64,000 bases of DNA from Auanema rhodensis. Lineage: Eukaryota > Animalia > Nematoda. Each line of letters begins with the position of its first letter. Positions within the stretch are counted from its first letter, which is position 1. A program made the position numbers and the translations under genes. The stretch covers positions 16,120,001 to 16,184,000 of the forward strand of contig OZ059897.1 in the NCBI GenBank assembly GCA_964057225.1, in the 5' to 3' direction. A model generated the notes under the pieces. The model was not told where the DNA came from, did not search any database, and was given only the letters and a program-made list of their open reading frames with translations. Of this stretch, positions 25,077 through 38,627 are shown piece after piece.

Positions 25077-25408
25077 GTTTAACCCTTAACAGAAAATTCG
25101 TTGTAAGAAAAGAAAAGAATAAAATGTTCTCGATAATAACGTAGCAGATTCATGTTTAAGTAAATTTAAGTATATGAAAAAAATACGGAATAAAAAACTA
25201 CATATATAAATAACACCAAAGAGTAAACCAATTCCCAAAAATTATTCAAAAAGACCTTCCTAGAGTCTTTTAAGAATGAAGGTTACGGTAGGTAGCAAAC
25301 GCGCCGGGACCATTATATTAAATGTACCGGTGTGCTTATTTTGCACACTCTTTAACCACTGCTTTTCTGCCAACATTTTAAAGTAGATTTTTTAAATTTA
25401 CGTAATCA
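25077..25408. promoter_or_regulatory. Compact bidirectional promoter region, rps-9 / lsm-1
   Basis: Head-to-head ATGs about 330 bp apart; contains TTACGGTAG (25283-25291) and CGCGCCGGGACC (25300-25311). Confidence 0.7.
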
Positions 25409-25959
25409 ATGGATTTACCAGATCCGTATTTACCAGGTGCAATTAGTTTATTTGAGCAACTCGATAAAAAGCTCGTAGTAGTGTTACGTGATGGAAGAAA
25501 ACTTATTGGATACTTGAGGTATGTAGATTATTTTTGTCATTGCCTAATTATTACCTAATTTAGATCCATTGACCAATTCGCCAATTTAATTTTGGAAGAT
25601 GTAGTTGAAAGGACATTTGTTGGAAATCATTATTGCGATATTGAGCAAGGTTTTCTGCTGATTAGAGGAGAAAATGTGGAAATTGCTGGTGAAATAGATG
25701 ATTCGATTCCTTCTTCTTGCATTAAGGTTTTTAAACTTAACTGTTTTACTAATATTAGACTCTTGAAATGGGCTGTTTTTTTATAAACATGTACATATAC
25801 ACAATCACATTTCTGAAGATAGTATTGACGTCGTATAAGAAATTGTTGCAGGTTTCTGCTGAAGAGTTGCAAAAGTTAGAGGAAGAACGGATGGCTCAGT
25901 TTGACAAACCTATCGAAAAACGTAAAGGGAAATTGAATGCTGAAGATGATGGATTCTAG
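25409..25959 (+). CDS. lsm-1: Sm-like protein LSm1 (mRNA decapping activator)
   Basis: Three exons give [57 protein letters not shown]...LIRGENVEIAGEID (Sm1 and Sm2 motifs); TAG at 25959. Confidence 0.97.
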
Positions 25960-27225
25960 ATAGATAGCTAATTAAAGTTAACTTACTTGATCTCATTATC
26001 TACTTCTAATCGGTTTCTGAAATTTACATTTCCTTTTGTGAGATTTCTATTTTCTCACTTATGTATAGCAAATTAGGTTTTATGTTTTTTTTATCATATG
26101 CATTTGCCAGGATTTAGAATCGTACTTCTAATTTTATTTTATAATCCCCTTTGCAATGATTAAAAAATTGCAAATCGTTTTATTTACCTAGTTTTGATGT
26201 GCCTACTCATATTTATTGTGTACTAAAATTTTCCTATAAATTTGATTAATTATTTTGTAATAGGTTGTTCCATGATTACTTAATTATAAGTGTGTTACTT
26301 TTTTTCTTCTTACTTTTGTTTAACTTCTCGATATCGAAAATTCTTATCTTTTTATAAAAAACCATCTAGTATTTTGGAAGAAATCACTTGTGTTTGAATG
26401 GTAACAATACATAGTAGAACAAAATTTCTTGCTTTGCATTGTAGTCTATTGTAGCCGCGTACATCTTTGCTTATAGGTCTAAGTTCAGTCAATCTAAACC
26501 TCCAACAGTCATAGGGCACAGCAATGTTTGCAATCCTCTAATACGGGTTTCAATCATTTTTGAATCTTTGTTTCATTTTCATCAGGGCTCAGAATTCTTC
26601 TCCTAAAGTGACGCGCGAAGCTATTATTTTTTAATCTTTAACTGGAACCACTTCTGTTCTTACCTCTCAATAATTGTTAGCGCTGAATTGTAAAACTAAT
26701 TTTCTCGTAATTCAACAATGCGTGCCACAAGTTTGGAGCAAGTATGCATGTTTTGCTTTCTAAAATCTCTACCCCTCGAAATTGGCTAAAATGTTTTTAT
26801 TGAAAGTTTTGCTTTGATCTATTGGTAAACTGTATTGAACCTTTGCACGAAGTTTCAATATACGGAGATTTTGGATAGCCCCAATTAGAGATTTCGCGGA
26901 GATAATGCTCTTCCTCATGCTATATATGAATTGTAATGTTCTTTTATCTTCTGTATAATCTCTTCCAAATGAATTTGTCTCTCTCTCGTTATATTTCTCG
27001 TTAGACCCCATGGGCGGAGCATGAACTGTGTGACTGATACAAACTATATTTCAGTCTCACCCCTTCGATCGTTCGGCTGAACGTTTCGTCAGATTTACAT
27101 CATTTATCTATGTTGGTTTCTATTTATTTGTTTATTTTAATCATTCTCGAATATGATTTTTTATGCCTGAACTCTGCATGTTACTTTGATCACTTTCAGC
27201 CACCTCTCTTCGTCGCTTTAGCGTA

Positions 27226-28348
27226 ATGTCTGAGAAACTGTTCAAGGTTGTTTTCGTTCTCGGACCTCCAGGATCCGGAAAAGGAACTCAATGCAAGAGA
27301 ATTCATGATGTAGGAGACAATCTATTGGTCTACAAACTTTTTTTTTTTTAGAATTTGGGATTCGTTCACTTGTCCGCTGGAGATCTTTTGCGAGAAGAAC
27401 GACAAAGAGAAGGTTCTGAGTTTGGAACTCTCATTGAGCAGCATATTACGAACGGGTCCATTGTTCCTGTCGAAATCACATGTAAATTATTAGAAAATGT
27501 AAGCTTCTAATCTCTTATATCTACTTTTACCCTTTGGATTTACCATGTTATCAGTTGAGCGAAACACTAGTTTAACGTTTATGAAGTATCAAATCTGTGA
27601 TAACGAATTCCGGTCAAAAGGAAAAGTTATCATGCTTTTGTTCTTTTTTTTAGTTTAGATATATGAAACATAAGGCCATTGTTAGAAACAAGATATAAAT
27701 AGAAATGTTATATAACTATTTTTAAGGCTATGAATGCGTGTGGACATGCTAAAGGTTTCTTAGTCGATGGATTTCCTAGGAATCAAGATAACTTAGAAGG
27801 ATGGGAACGTCAAATGAAGGGAAAGGTATGCTTGACAACTTGACATTTAAATTACTTTTTATGACCGAGAATATAATTTGTGATCACCTTCTATTCATCG
27901 AATCTTTTGTTATGTGATGGTGTGATTATCATGTTCTCCTGTTAATTCAATAATCTTTGATAACAAAGAAAAAAATATATACTTCAATCGCCTATGGTTT
28001 CAGGTAGATGTGAAGTTTGTGCTGTTTCTTTCATGCCCAGTAGAAACCTGCATTAACCGCTGTCTTCATAGAGGTTTGTTTGGTTTTTCTTATCTTACCC
28101 CTTTTCATTATGAAATTTCAGGAGAGGGAAGAACTGACGATAACGAAGAATCACTTAGAAAACGCATTACCATCTACAATACTCAGACTCTTCCAATCAT
28201 TCAGCATTACAATAAGCTAGGACTTGTGAGGGAGGTGCCCAGCACCCAGTGCCCTGAGGAGGTAAACATTCTGAGTAAAGCTTAACTTGTTAATATATAT
28301 CTGTTTAAGGTTTATGGAAAAGTAGCCGAAATTTTCTCCAATGTTTAA
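27226..28348 (+). CDS. UMP-CMP kinase (adenylate kinase family)
   Basis: P-loop [16 protein letters not shown], then [32 protein letters not shown] and [13 protein letters not shown]; TAA at 28348. Confidence 0.95.
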
Positions 28349-28493
28349 ATTACAAATGAGCTTTGAAAAAACAGTAGTTTTACGGTAGTTATTACATTGT
28401 CTTGTCAATTTGCGCCGGAAAAAACCTTAGGTTGCATCATAATTTTCCAATATATATATTGCCAACAACAAAAATCAACAAATAAATATGTTC

Positions 28494-31400
28494 TCAACGA
28501 TGTTCTATTGCCCACAGTGGCATATCTGTTTTATAACTCCATTTGGAAGTTTCGTATTGTAAGCAATGAAGGAAAAGTTGAAAATGTCCTGCTGGTATCT
28601 GAAAAACAACATAAGGAGTAGCTCTGAAACTCCGTAAACCTCTTTTTTGGTCACATTACAATTAAGGCAAACTTCATCATAGCTTGGTCGGTTTTCGGGT
28701 CTTAATCCTTCAGACTCTGACTTAAGCTAGAATTTTAACTTGAAGATAAATAGAAATAAATACAAGCTCTCACATCTTCTGCTGCCATTCGCTCCATTCT
28801 AGTTTCGTACTCAGGATCAATGGTTTCATGCCAGGAGGATGCTTTATGAGCATTTCGAACATCTTCGCACAACTTAAGCACAACTTTCGAAAATCACCGA
28901 TGCAATCAGCATTAATAATACCTGTTCGTAGGACTTTCCATATTCTCCGCCTTTTCCCTTTTCTGCGCCCCACACATCAGTATTATATAACTGATCACCA
29001 ACAATTGGATATCCTAAACTAATTATTCTTAATTGATGACAGTAAGTCTTCAGAAGAACCTAAATATTGTGCATGAACGCGTATCTGATGTGTTCGACCT
29101 GTTTCAATGAGAACTGAACAAACCGATGTTTCGCCATCGGTCCATAATCTGTATTGTCATGATCATGAAGGAAGTGAGAAGAAGAAAATTTAACATATTT
29201 AAGAATAATTTAGATACCTTTTGAAAATACTTTTAGCCGATTTTCCGTCTGGTCTAACGCATTGAATACCCATACTGATAACTAATGTACCTATTGGGGC
29301 TTCGCAGTTAATCTGTCCTCTAAATGGTAATCAGTAAAGTAAATTTAAAAGTAAATTTAAGTATTGTTTTCTAATTAGAAAACTATAGCATAAATCAAGC
29401 AGTCTTCAAGATAACCATATTTTTGCTTTAACTAACGCTAGTTGTTTTGACATATTCCCTATTTTAGAAAATTTGAATCTCTTCATAAAAAAAGGCGGAG
29501 GAAATTAAAAAGAAGCTGAAAATCTAGAAAAGGAGTTAAGAAGTCATTTCTTAAGAAAACCTCGTGCTTATTCTCTAACGTAAATATGCTTACAGATAAT
29601 TGAATTATAACATACTCTGGAAAAACTCCTGCTACTTTACAGACATATTCTTTTCTCCATTCTCCTAGTTTCAGAGTTTGTTTGAACTAAAACTATTCAT
29701 TTAACTTTTCTTTGATTATTTCTGTTTTATTTTATGTTGTCTACGATTTATAAGATATGAATATTGAAAATAAATAGAAAAGCGAGAAGATGTAGTTGAA
29801 AATGCCCTTATAGATAATCAAAGGCATAAACTACATAGCAAAATAAGATATAAAAAGATCTTTGTTTTACATACAAATTTGACGATGAAAGTGGAGAGAA
29901 AAGGCCTGAAAACAAGTAACTGCCTTAAACTCAGCTCTTGTTTTTCAAGAAAAAATTTCAAAAGTTAAAATACGTTTGTTCTGCTTACCTCAAGATCAGT
30001 ATCGTAATTTTTGGCAAAAAGCAAAACACCTGATGTTGCACGATCCAATCTATGAAGAACTAAAAAAATATTACTCAATAGTAGTATTCGCAAAGTAAAA
30101 CAAGCTAATAACTCCTAATACATAACTTAATTACTGATAAACAGTTTTCTACACTAACCTCTCAAATTGTTTCTTCCATGGTGTGCGCGTAACTGTCCCA
30201 AAACAGTATGCACAGCATACTGGCCACAAGCATGAACAGGTAAAGAAGGTGGCTTATCAACAACTAGTAAGTCGTCCGTCTCAGCTATAACGTTTATAGG
30301 ATAGTCTTTGACCTGAAAAGATTATATAGGAATATTACAGATTCCCATCCAATGGAGTTTTCTTTCATTCATGAACTTACTAAAATCTGCGAAAAAAATA
30401 GAAGAAAAAGCTTTGAATAAATTCTGATGTATTAGGACAAAATTCTTTAGATACGAGAAATATATTCAAGATGGATATGATTATTGCCAGAGAGCTTTTC
30501 ATGTCACTTCTCATTATTGCTCATGCTTATTTCTATCTTACATCACAAACTCAGCAGTTCCTTTTCTTTTCGGCTTTCTCTTTAAGCTAAGATACAAAAG
30601 CTAGAAGTAACTTACTGGATGTTCATGTCTGTGGCCCCAGTGTTCTATTTTATCGCCATTTTTTAATATATAGTTCACATCTGTCATTTGCTTTCCGTTG
30701 ATACTAATCCGGCCTAGTTTGCACGCTACTACCTGAAATAAACTAAAGACTTGCAGATGATAGCTTGACGTCTGGTCTTTAGAATTGTAGCACCAAACTT
30801 TAATTCTGTTTTTTTTTCATCGCCTCATCTCAACTATCTATTGGCCACAAAATGGTTGGACACACAGCCCTGATGAATGCATTTGTATGAGTGGATCTTC
30901 CTTTATACCAACAATGATAGAAAAGGCTCACAGAGAGCATTTTCTATCAAATGCTAAGCTGCCTGACCTTACTTTTCGAATTAAAACTTCCGGTTAAGCA
31001 TTTTCCATCAAGAAACTAAGTATTTCAAAACGTCTTCTCTTTTAAGCCATTACTTACAAGTCAGTCTATGATCTTATTCTGACAAATTTTGCAAGCATTA
31101 ATCATCTGCTAAGTAAAACATAAGCAGTAATATGTACTCTCAGACGGTAAAAGATAGTTAACTTAATTCATCATTTGCATTTCCTTACGGAAGAGTGTAG
31201 AAGCTAGATGACGGAGAACAGCCTGGCATCTCAATTGCCAAGCTCATTGCGAATGCGTGCCGTGTTTGGCACACATACACCGTCCCTCCTTCACAGCACT
31301 CTCATTTCCAGTTCCTCTCATCCTCCTAACCTCTTTGACAGCTTGCTATTTACCTCTTCAATTTTCATCAATCTAGACCATAGCGCCTTTATTTTTAGTG

Positions 31401-32704
31401 TCTAGCGTTTCGTGTATTCGGTTAAAAGAAAAAAAAAAGTAGCCGAGGAGAAAATAAGAAAGTGAAAATGAGCCCTTAATAATCATCTACTTAATATTAT
31501 TCTAAATTCTACTATTTCTATGAAAATCAACCTCTGGTCTACGTTTTCTTCTTTATTACTGTTTGTTTTCATTTTTTTAAATTTCGTCTTGATGATTCTA
31601 AAACTTATAAAATGTGCTACTCTCTAGTCGCCAGTAAAGTCTAAATGTTTTCTTAGAGATAATTAGAGCTTGCACTCGAATAATTCTCAAGTTCTCCACA
31701 AATTTACTTTAAAATGGACATTCTGCTGAACGTAGAAGAACGGGTCAGATCTCAGCTTTTTCACAAGCTTGCTGGAAGTCGATTAACACCATTCTGCTAC
31801 AAAACATAGTTTTACAAGAAATTTCTCATATTTCCTTGATCCCTTGTCCTGTTTAGTCATTACTTTCGAAGAACTTTCACTCAAGGGCTTAGCGCCTCAT
31901 CTCAATGGCATCTGGAGACTAAGCCTGAAGAATACGTTCACATCTCTCTTTCTATCTCGCTCATAATTAGCCCACGGCCATCTTCCCCACGCATCCTTTA
32001 GAGTAAAATGCGATATGATTTGTAGATGCTTTTAAGATAGCTTCTTGAAGCTTTATTTCTAGGGTCATGTTCATAACTTGAAATCTTTTGTCAGCTATTG
32101 CTAAGAGCCAAAATTATTTAGAAATCTCAACATGATGACATTATTTTCACTATATATGATAGTTATCTCATATGAACCATAATAATTTGGATGAATACTT
32201 AACTAATGTTTTAAAATTTTAACATACTGCATAATTCTTATTCGTAGACAGAAATTCTTGTCTAAAAACCTCAACCATTTTTCGTCCTATCCATCTGCCT
32301 TTTGTTCTTGTTCGATATAAAGCCCAATATGGGGAAAGATGACGAACACCTAAATTTCAGTTTTCAAAAATATATTCCTAATTTTAACAACCATCAATGA
32401 CTTTGTACGGAACATTCATAGGAAAGAAATCTTCTTCCTTTTCTTCTTTTTTTCGAAATTTTGTAGGTCTTTCAGTCTAGAGAATATTATAATTGCATGT
32501 TAAAATGGCTTCAACAATACGTTAACCATAAATTTTATGTTTCAACTAGAAACTATTACAAATAAAAATCAAAAAAAATCTTACCTCTTTTTCGCTACTC
32601 TCAATTTTTCTTTTTTCTGGGTTATTTGCGAAACTTTGTTCTGTATTTTCAACCCAAGCTGGCTTTTTGTCGGATGGACGTCTATCTTCAGTATCCTCAC
32701 TCAT
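28494..32704 (-). CDS. RluA-family RNA pseudouridine synthase (RPUSD2/Pus9-like)
   Basis: Exons encode VRHLSPYWALYRTRTKGRWIG, HRHEHP, LVVDKPPSLPVH, the catalytic motif HRLDRATSG, TGRTHQIRVHAQYLG and LFLHCLQY...PLWA; TGA at 28494. The start ATG (32704) is the best candidate. Confidence 0.92.
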
Positions 32705-33065
32705 CCGTATTAAATATGACACATACCTATAACCAACTCCTTTGTTAACAGAAACAACAACAAAAAAAGAAATGTTAAAACACCATTTATGAATTTAATT
32801 TAAATTTTAAAAAGAAATTATCATTGGAGCACATATTTATCATCACAGCATGTAATCTTTCATATACAGTTAAGCATGCAAATCAAATAAATGAATTTTG
32901 AGATATATAGAATTGAAATTGGTTCATCGACCATTTTTGGCTTTTTTTGGTGTTTGATATTCATATTGTGCAGATATTTCGTGCATATATGTAATCATTC
33001 TGTCTTCTTTCCTTCTTTCTGTTTTGCTAATACCATCTATTAGTAGTTTTTAGTTAGTTTGAAAA

Positions 33066-36000
33066 ATGGGAGAGTTAATAGGATCTGGAATGATGTATTG
33101 TAATGCCTGCTTAGGTTCGACTGATCCTCAATATCAGGTTAGTATATTAAATAAAAAATTTTGAACATCTCAAAATTAAAAAAAAACTCATTTCCCTTGT
33201 TTTAGACTTATAACCTAACAGTTTCGGGTGTTCTACTTGCTATCGTTGGTACTATTGGCTTAATTTCCAACTTTCTCGTTGTTCGAGTATATACCCATAA
33301 AGATCATCGGGTAAGCTTACTGTCTGATCCATTACAAATGTAGTTTTTACTTTTCTCAAAAATGAATACTATGTTTTGAGAAAACTAAACGGACTTAATT
33401 CTCAATCTTTCAAGCAAATGGCTTGAAGTATTGCTATATTTCCATTTATTTCCGTAAATGGGCTGAGCATGGCAAGTCTACAATAATTTTTGAAAAATGA
33501 AAACTAGCTCGGAGCGATTTTAGAAAATATTTATCAGGGGTTTTCATTTGGGTGACTGCATGTATAACTTTCATAGAGAAGATTTTTTGCTTTACAATAG
33601 TAATTTTCTCAATTACGATAATTTTAATTTAGATACATTCTACATCAATATACCTGGCAGCATTAGCCTTCTCAGACTTTTTTCTTATACTAACTGCAAT
33701 GTTTTTATTTGTGCTGGAGGCTTGGAGACATCACAACTATCCGAGTATGTGCATAGTTTATCGAAAAAAAATAAAAAAATATCTATATATCTATATAGAT
33801 ATAGAAAAATTGAAAAAAAGAGAGAAAACGACTAGCGTAATACCTATAATTTATAAATATAAAATGATAAATTGGAAGTGGAATTTCAGCTCTCGCATGG
33901 CTATATGTTATTGGCGCACCGTTTATTTTTCCGATCGCAGCCGTCTTTCAAACATCTTCAGTGTATTTCTGTGTGGCAGCAGCAGTGGATTGCTTTATAG
34001 CTGTTGTTCTACCGGACTCTGTACGACAGCTTTACTGTACACCAAAGTATGCTTGAAACGTTTTTATTTTGTTAGAATATATTTGGGCATGGGGAGAGGC
34101 AGAGTTAGCTTCAAGATCCTACTTTTCATCTTTAAGCTTATGTTTAGTATGTTTGTTTTCTGGTCAAAAAATATCAAGAAATAAGAGCGAAATAAAGGGA
34201 GAAATAGTGTAGCTGGAGGCTAAGAAGGTTGACGATAATAGACTTGGTAAGGGCAACAACATATGAACATGCTAACATAAGCAAAAACGAGGAATAGTAA
34301 AGAGATCGATTTCGTCCAATAAATATCAAAGACTCACTTTATTGGATACGAAGCTCATCGATTTCAAGCATTTGGGGAACAAAAAAGTTTTCATGATTGA
34401 TAAACTAAAAATCAGGTGATTGATTGAGTCCATTATGATTTCTAGGTCTAGGAAACAAAAGTCAAAAAGAAGCCAGTATATGAATGAGAAATATGTATTA
34501 GGATATATCGAAAATAATTTTGAATAAGATCAATTTCGGATATCGTGCTTAAGTTTATGCTCAAAAAAGGGAGTAATAGGAACAGATTCAATTTATTTCG
34601 GAACAAGCCTTTTATTTCAAAGATCGTGAAATGTACTGCATCGAACTTTCTAATCCCTTAGACTTTTGATCTATTCATTCCCTTTTGAAATGTATTATCT
34701 TCGAATAATCAAATAATTTTATGATCATTCAGAATATGTACTTTATTTATTTTTCCAGCATAGGCTGTCTTCTAATTATGTTTTTAGAAAAAAAAAAGGT
34801 TTTGTAAAAACGTAATTTTCTTTAAATTTCAGAAGGGCAAAAGTAACATGTACCTGCATAATGCTATTTTGCATTTTATATAATATTCCTCATGTATTTG
34901 AACTTGTCAAGGTATTATTATTAAACTTACTTAATTTAAACAAAAATCGTTTTATTTTTAGGTTGATTGCATTGGTAATGATGGCCAAATGAGTGCTCAA
35001 ATTTGTCCTACAGGTACCAAACGAGCTTTTTTTTGTCGCGTTGAACAACAAAAATAAGAAGAAAAAAGAAATAGTTTTGTCACAATTACTGAAACTTAAT
35101 GGTATACGAAGAAGAAGAAACAAATTTTGTTTCCTCTTAGCTTTGAGACATGGCGAAACTTCTTTTTGTCAATTTCGATTGTTTTTCACAAAGCTACGTA
35201 CATGTAGTATGCTGGAATGTATGTTGCTGCAGAACATATTGTTATTCTTATACGCATATCTTTCCTTTAATATATTTAGGATAATATATAAGAAAATTTA
35301 TATAACATACTATACATATAAATACACATACATTTATATATTTATATAGTAAAGAAAGGAAATATAAATATATTTCTTTTTAGACATTCGATTGGATCCA
35401 GCTTATTATGCGATATATTATACGTATATGTATACAACCTTCTTGGCCATTGGACCGTTACTTCTATTAATTTTATTAAATATTTGTGTTGTATTTACTG
35501 TTCTTAGCAAAAAATCAGATGGAGGTAAGTATTTTTGATAAATCATTCTTAAGCAAATTTTTTCTGTATATTGTAATTTTCAGTCGATTCTGATACTATT
35601 AGTCTTATTCTCGTCGTCTTCTTTTTCATATTCTGTAACTTCACAGCTTTGCTTGTGAATTTTATGGAAATTATCTTAAATGATCCGGTAAGTACTATAA
35701 CAAACAACTGGAAAATTTGGGTCTTAAGACAAATAAAAAATCCTGGATGTTGCGACGTCATCTGTTGAATACATTTCGAAACCAATTTTCAGTTATGTTT
35801 AGCTTGAATTCGCCTTCTCTATCTTGGACTCTCTTCCCGATACTGACTTTCTATTTCTCTCTCCTTTCCTTTCAATCTCCTAAAAACCCTCCTCCTATGC
35901 CTGTCACACCCTTCCTCCTCTTTTCCTCTTGGTAGAAAGTGAATCAATTTCTAATCGTTTTTCTTCAAATACTTTCTCTAGCTAATTTTGGAATTTTCTC

Positions 36001-36946
36001 GCAAATAAGGAAATGATAGCTATTCTCCGTACTTCATTTCTGCACAATTCCAATTTTTATTGGAGAAGTCGTTGAGTCTGATAGGATTGAGATATGCTTC
36101 TCTTCAGATTCGAGACAAACAAAATCGAACTTTTGAGCAATTATTTTCTCAAAGAAACATAAGACAAAACATTTGAGAGCAATCGTTTTCTACAACAAAA
36201 ACTTTTGGTGCTTCACAAAGATAATAACAAAGAATTCACAGTATTTAGGTTTCTATTTCATTCAAATATTAAAAAAAAAACAGAAATATTATAATTTTCA
36301 AAAAGCTCATGGTTTTTAATTTTTTTTCTGTGAAATAAAGAGGAGTATCTAAAACAAAGCGGTCACATTGCAAAGGCTTTTTCTATTTTAATTAGAAAAA
36401 AGGTCGATGAGCAGTTGGGGTAGGGAAAAACCACTTAATGAGACTGATGTAACACATGAACCTGAACAGCATCATCAAACAGAAAAGTACATATGTAGGT
36501 TGAAAATAAAAAGTTTATATAGGGGGAATCCCTTTCTATGTTATCGTATATTTCTTCTAAGTATCAGCATCCAATAAGCGTTTAACGTTTATTTTCGTTT
36601 GTTCTAGCACATTTAACAATCAATTTTAATATAAATTAAGCAAAATAGTTTAAAATAACAGTCATCTTATCATTTATCAGATTTTTTTATAGAATATTTT
36701 GGTATACTTTGTGGACTTATCGAATTTGTTAGTCGTTATCAACGGAACTTGTAATTTTTATTGTTATTTAATTTTTGGTGCAGGATTTCGGAAAACTTTG
36801 AAAAAGGTATTTAGGATAAATGATTTAAACATTGTTTATTAATCATATATTTTCAGATTTTATGCGAAAAAAATGAGAAATCTCCGAAATTCATCTGGGA
36901 TCGTGCCGGAGGTTCAAAAATCCCAGAAAATCATACCTTATTATGA
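33066..36946 (+). CDS. Rhodopsin-like neuropeptide GPCR, EGL-6 / FMRFamide-receptor-like
   Basis: Ten phase-consistent exons give seven TMs: VSGVLLAIVGTIGLISN; STSIYLAALAFSD; FQTSSVYFCVAAAVDCF; LYNIPHVFE; IYYTYMYTTFLAIGP; DTISLILVVFFFIFCN; VDLSNLLVVINGTCNFYCY. Stop TGA at 36946. The motif pattern matches the EGL-6 family as recalled; orthologue versus paralogue is unresolved. Confidence 0.9.
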
Positions 36947-38613
36947 AAAGTGTTATGAAAGTTATATGAAAATAGCCAAAAAAGAACAAGACGGGAAAAG
37001 TGATGCAATGTCTTTTTTATATTTTCCCCCGAAAATTGAAGATATCAGCTTAGAAAATCTGTATAGTATTTACCTTAAACATCAACAAAAGACAAACATA
37101 TTACTGAGTAGTTCTTGAAGGTCATATGAAGCTTTACGTCTTAATTATTATCTTTAATTCTTATAATTTCACACCTTTACGTATCTTATTATAATATTGT
37201 AATCAAACATTCAAATAATATTTCTTTTAGCTCTCTACATTCTCTTCAAAAATGAGTTCTTTCCAAGTTCTCGAAATATTCATTTTAGAAAAAAACTCCA
37301 GATTTGTTTATTAATCAGAACGAGGTCTTTACAATATTTCATGAAAAAAATTGTCTTTTTTAGCTTCCCTTTTGTCGATTTCAGCAGAACTTCACACGCT
37401 TTCCCTCCTTAGCAATCCCTTCTATTTCTCTCATCCCTCTCCCTCACTCTCGTTATGTATGTTTATTATAAAAAATTTATTTATCTTTTTGCTTCATCTT
37501 ACTCTATCTTTCTCATTCTATTTTGAGAAAGAGACCTCTCTTCTTTCTTTTACAGCTTCTTCTCAACCAATTCTTCATTTTTTCGTTTATTTTGAATTTT
37601 AATAGTTAATATTAATTTAAAACATATTGTTATGTCGTAATAATTATTTTTCTTTATTCTGAGGTGTTTCCTGATATTTCTAATCTTGTGGCTGTAATTT
37701 TTTCTCCATGTTCATTGATGCATAACAATATTTCGAATAAAATTTTAATTTCCTAAAAATGGTATAGGCTATATGAGTAATTGCAATATATTTAAGTGAA
37801 GTATAACGGGAGTAAAATTTAAAATCATTCAGTCTGAACTTTGACAATATGTCCATAGCATTGGAGATTTTTCTTATTATTTCTAGTCGTTTCATAAGAA
37901 TTGTAAGAGCTTTTGAGCTGAGAATGTATTCGTATGTATACGAACGTAGAAGAAATTGTAAAATGCCCAACTTATGATCTTCACATTGGAGATAATTAAT
38001 GCAAAATAGATGCCAAGCTATAATTGCAGGATAGGAGGTTATTCAGAATTAAGGCTACAGAAATCAAGACAATTCTTTTCCGGAATAATTAATTTTTGGG
38101 AACATACGTCTATTCAAAACGCTCTGATTTTCCTCTAAATGTGTTCTGTTATCTTTCTCTTTTCCCTTTTCTACATTTTTTCATTTCATTCCATTTCTCT
38201 CAATTCATAATCCATGTTTAGATATATTAAATGTTTTTATTCCATTCCTCTTCTAAGCTCCCCAATCTCTTATAACAGAATAATGGGTTACAAATATATT
38301 TTCTACCAAAAATGGCAGTTTTCTAATTCATGTCAAGCATAAAACGTTTATAAACAACTTATGAGAGCCCAAAAACATCTCTAGCTTTAAGGAACACACA
38401 CAATGTTTTGATTTGAATAATAATAAAATACGAAGAAGAGCATCTCTGCGCAATAGTTGAAAAGCTTAACAACTTGTATATGGAATGAATATTCCTTTTT
38501 TAAACAAGTTATTTTGTTTCTCTTCTTTCAGCGTTTTAAGAAAATGTAAGAAAAGAAAAAAAGAAGAAACGTGATTGGTGGGGAAGGATGAAAATGTAGA
38601 AAAGGAGTGTTTA

Positions 38614-38627
38614 GGGGGGGGGGGGGG
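38614..38627 (+). repeat. G14 homopolymer (potential G-quadruplex)
   Basis: 14 consecutive G; a second run of 11 G lies at 43829-43839 in a nep-2 intron. Confidence 0.85.

Noticed and set aside
24520-25089. 189-aa + strand ORF
   Set aside because: Antisense shadow of the codon-biased rps-9 exons.
30870-30966. C box (TGATGA) ... D box (CTGA) snoRNA-like spacing
   Set aside because: It is antisense to the host intron, has no terminal stem and no recognisable rRNA guide.
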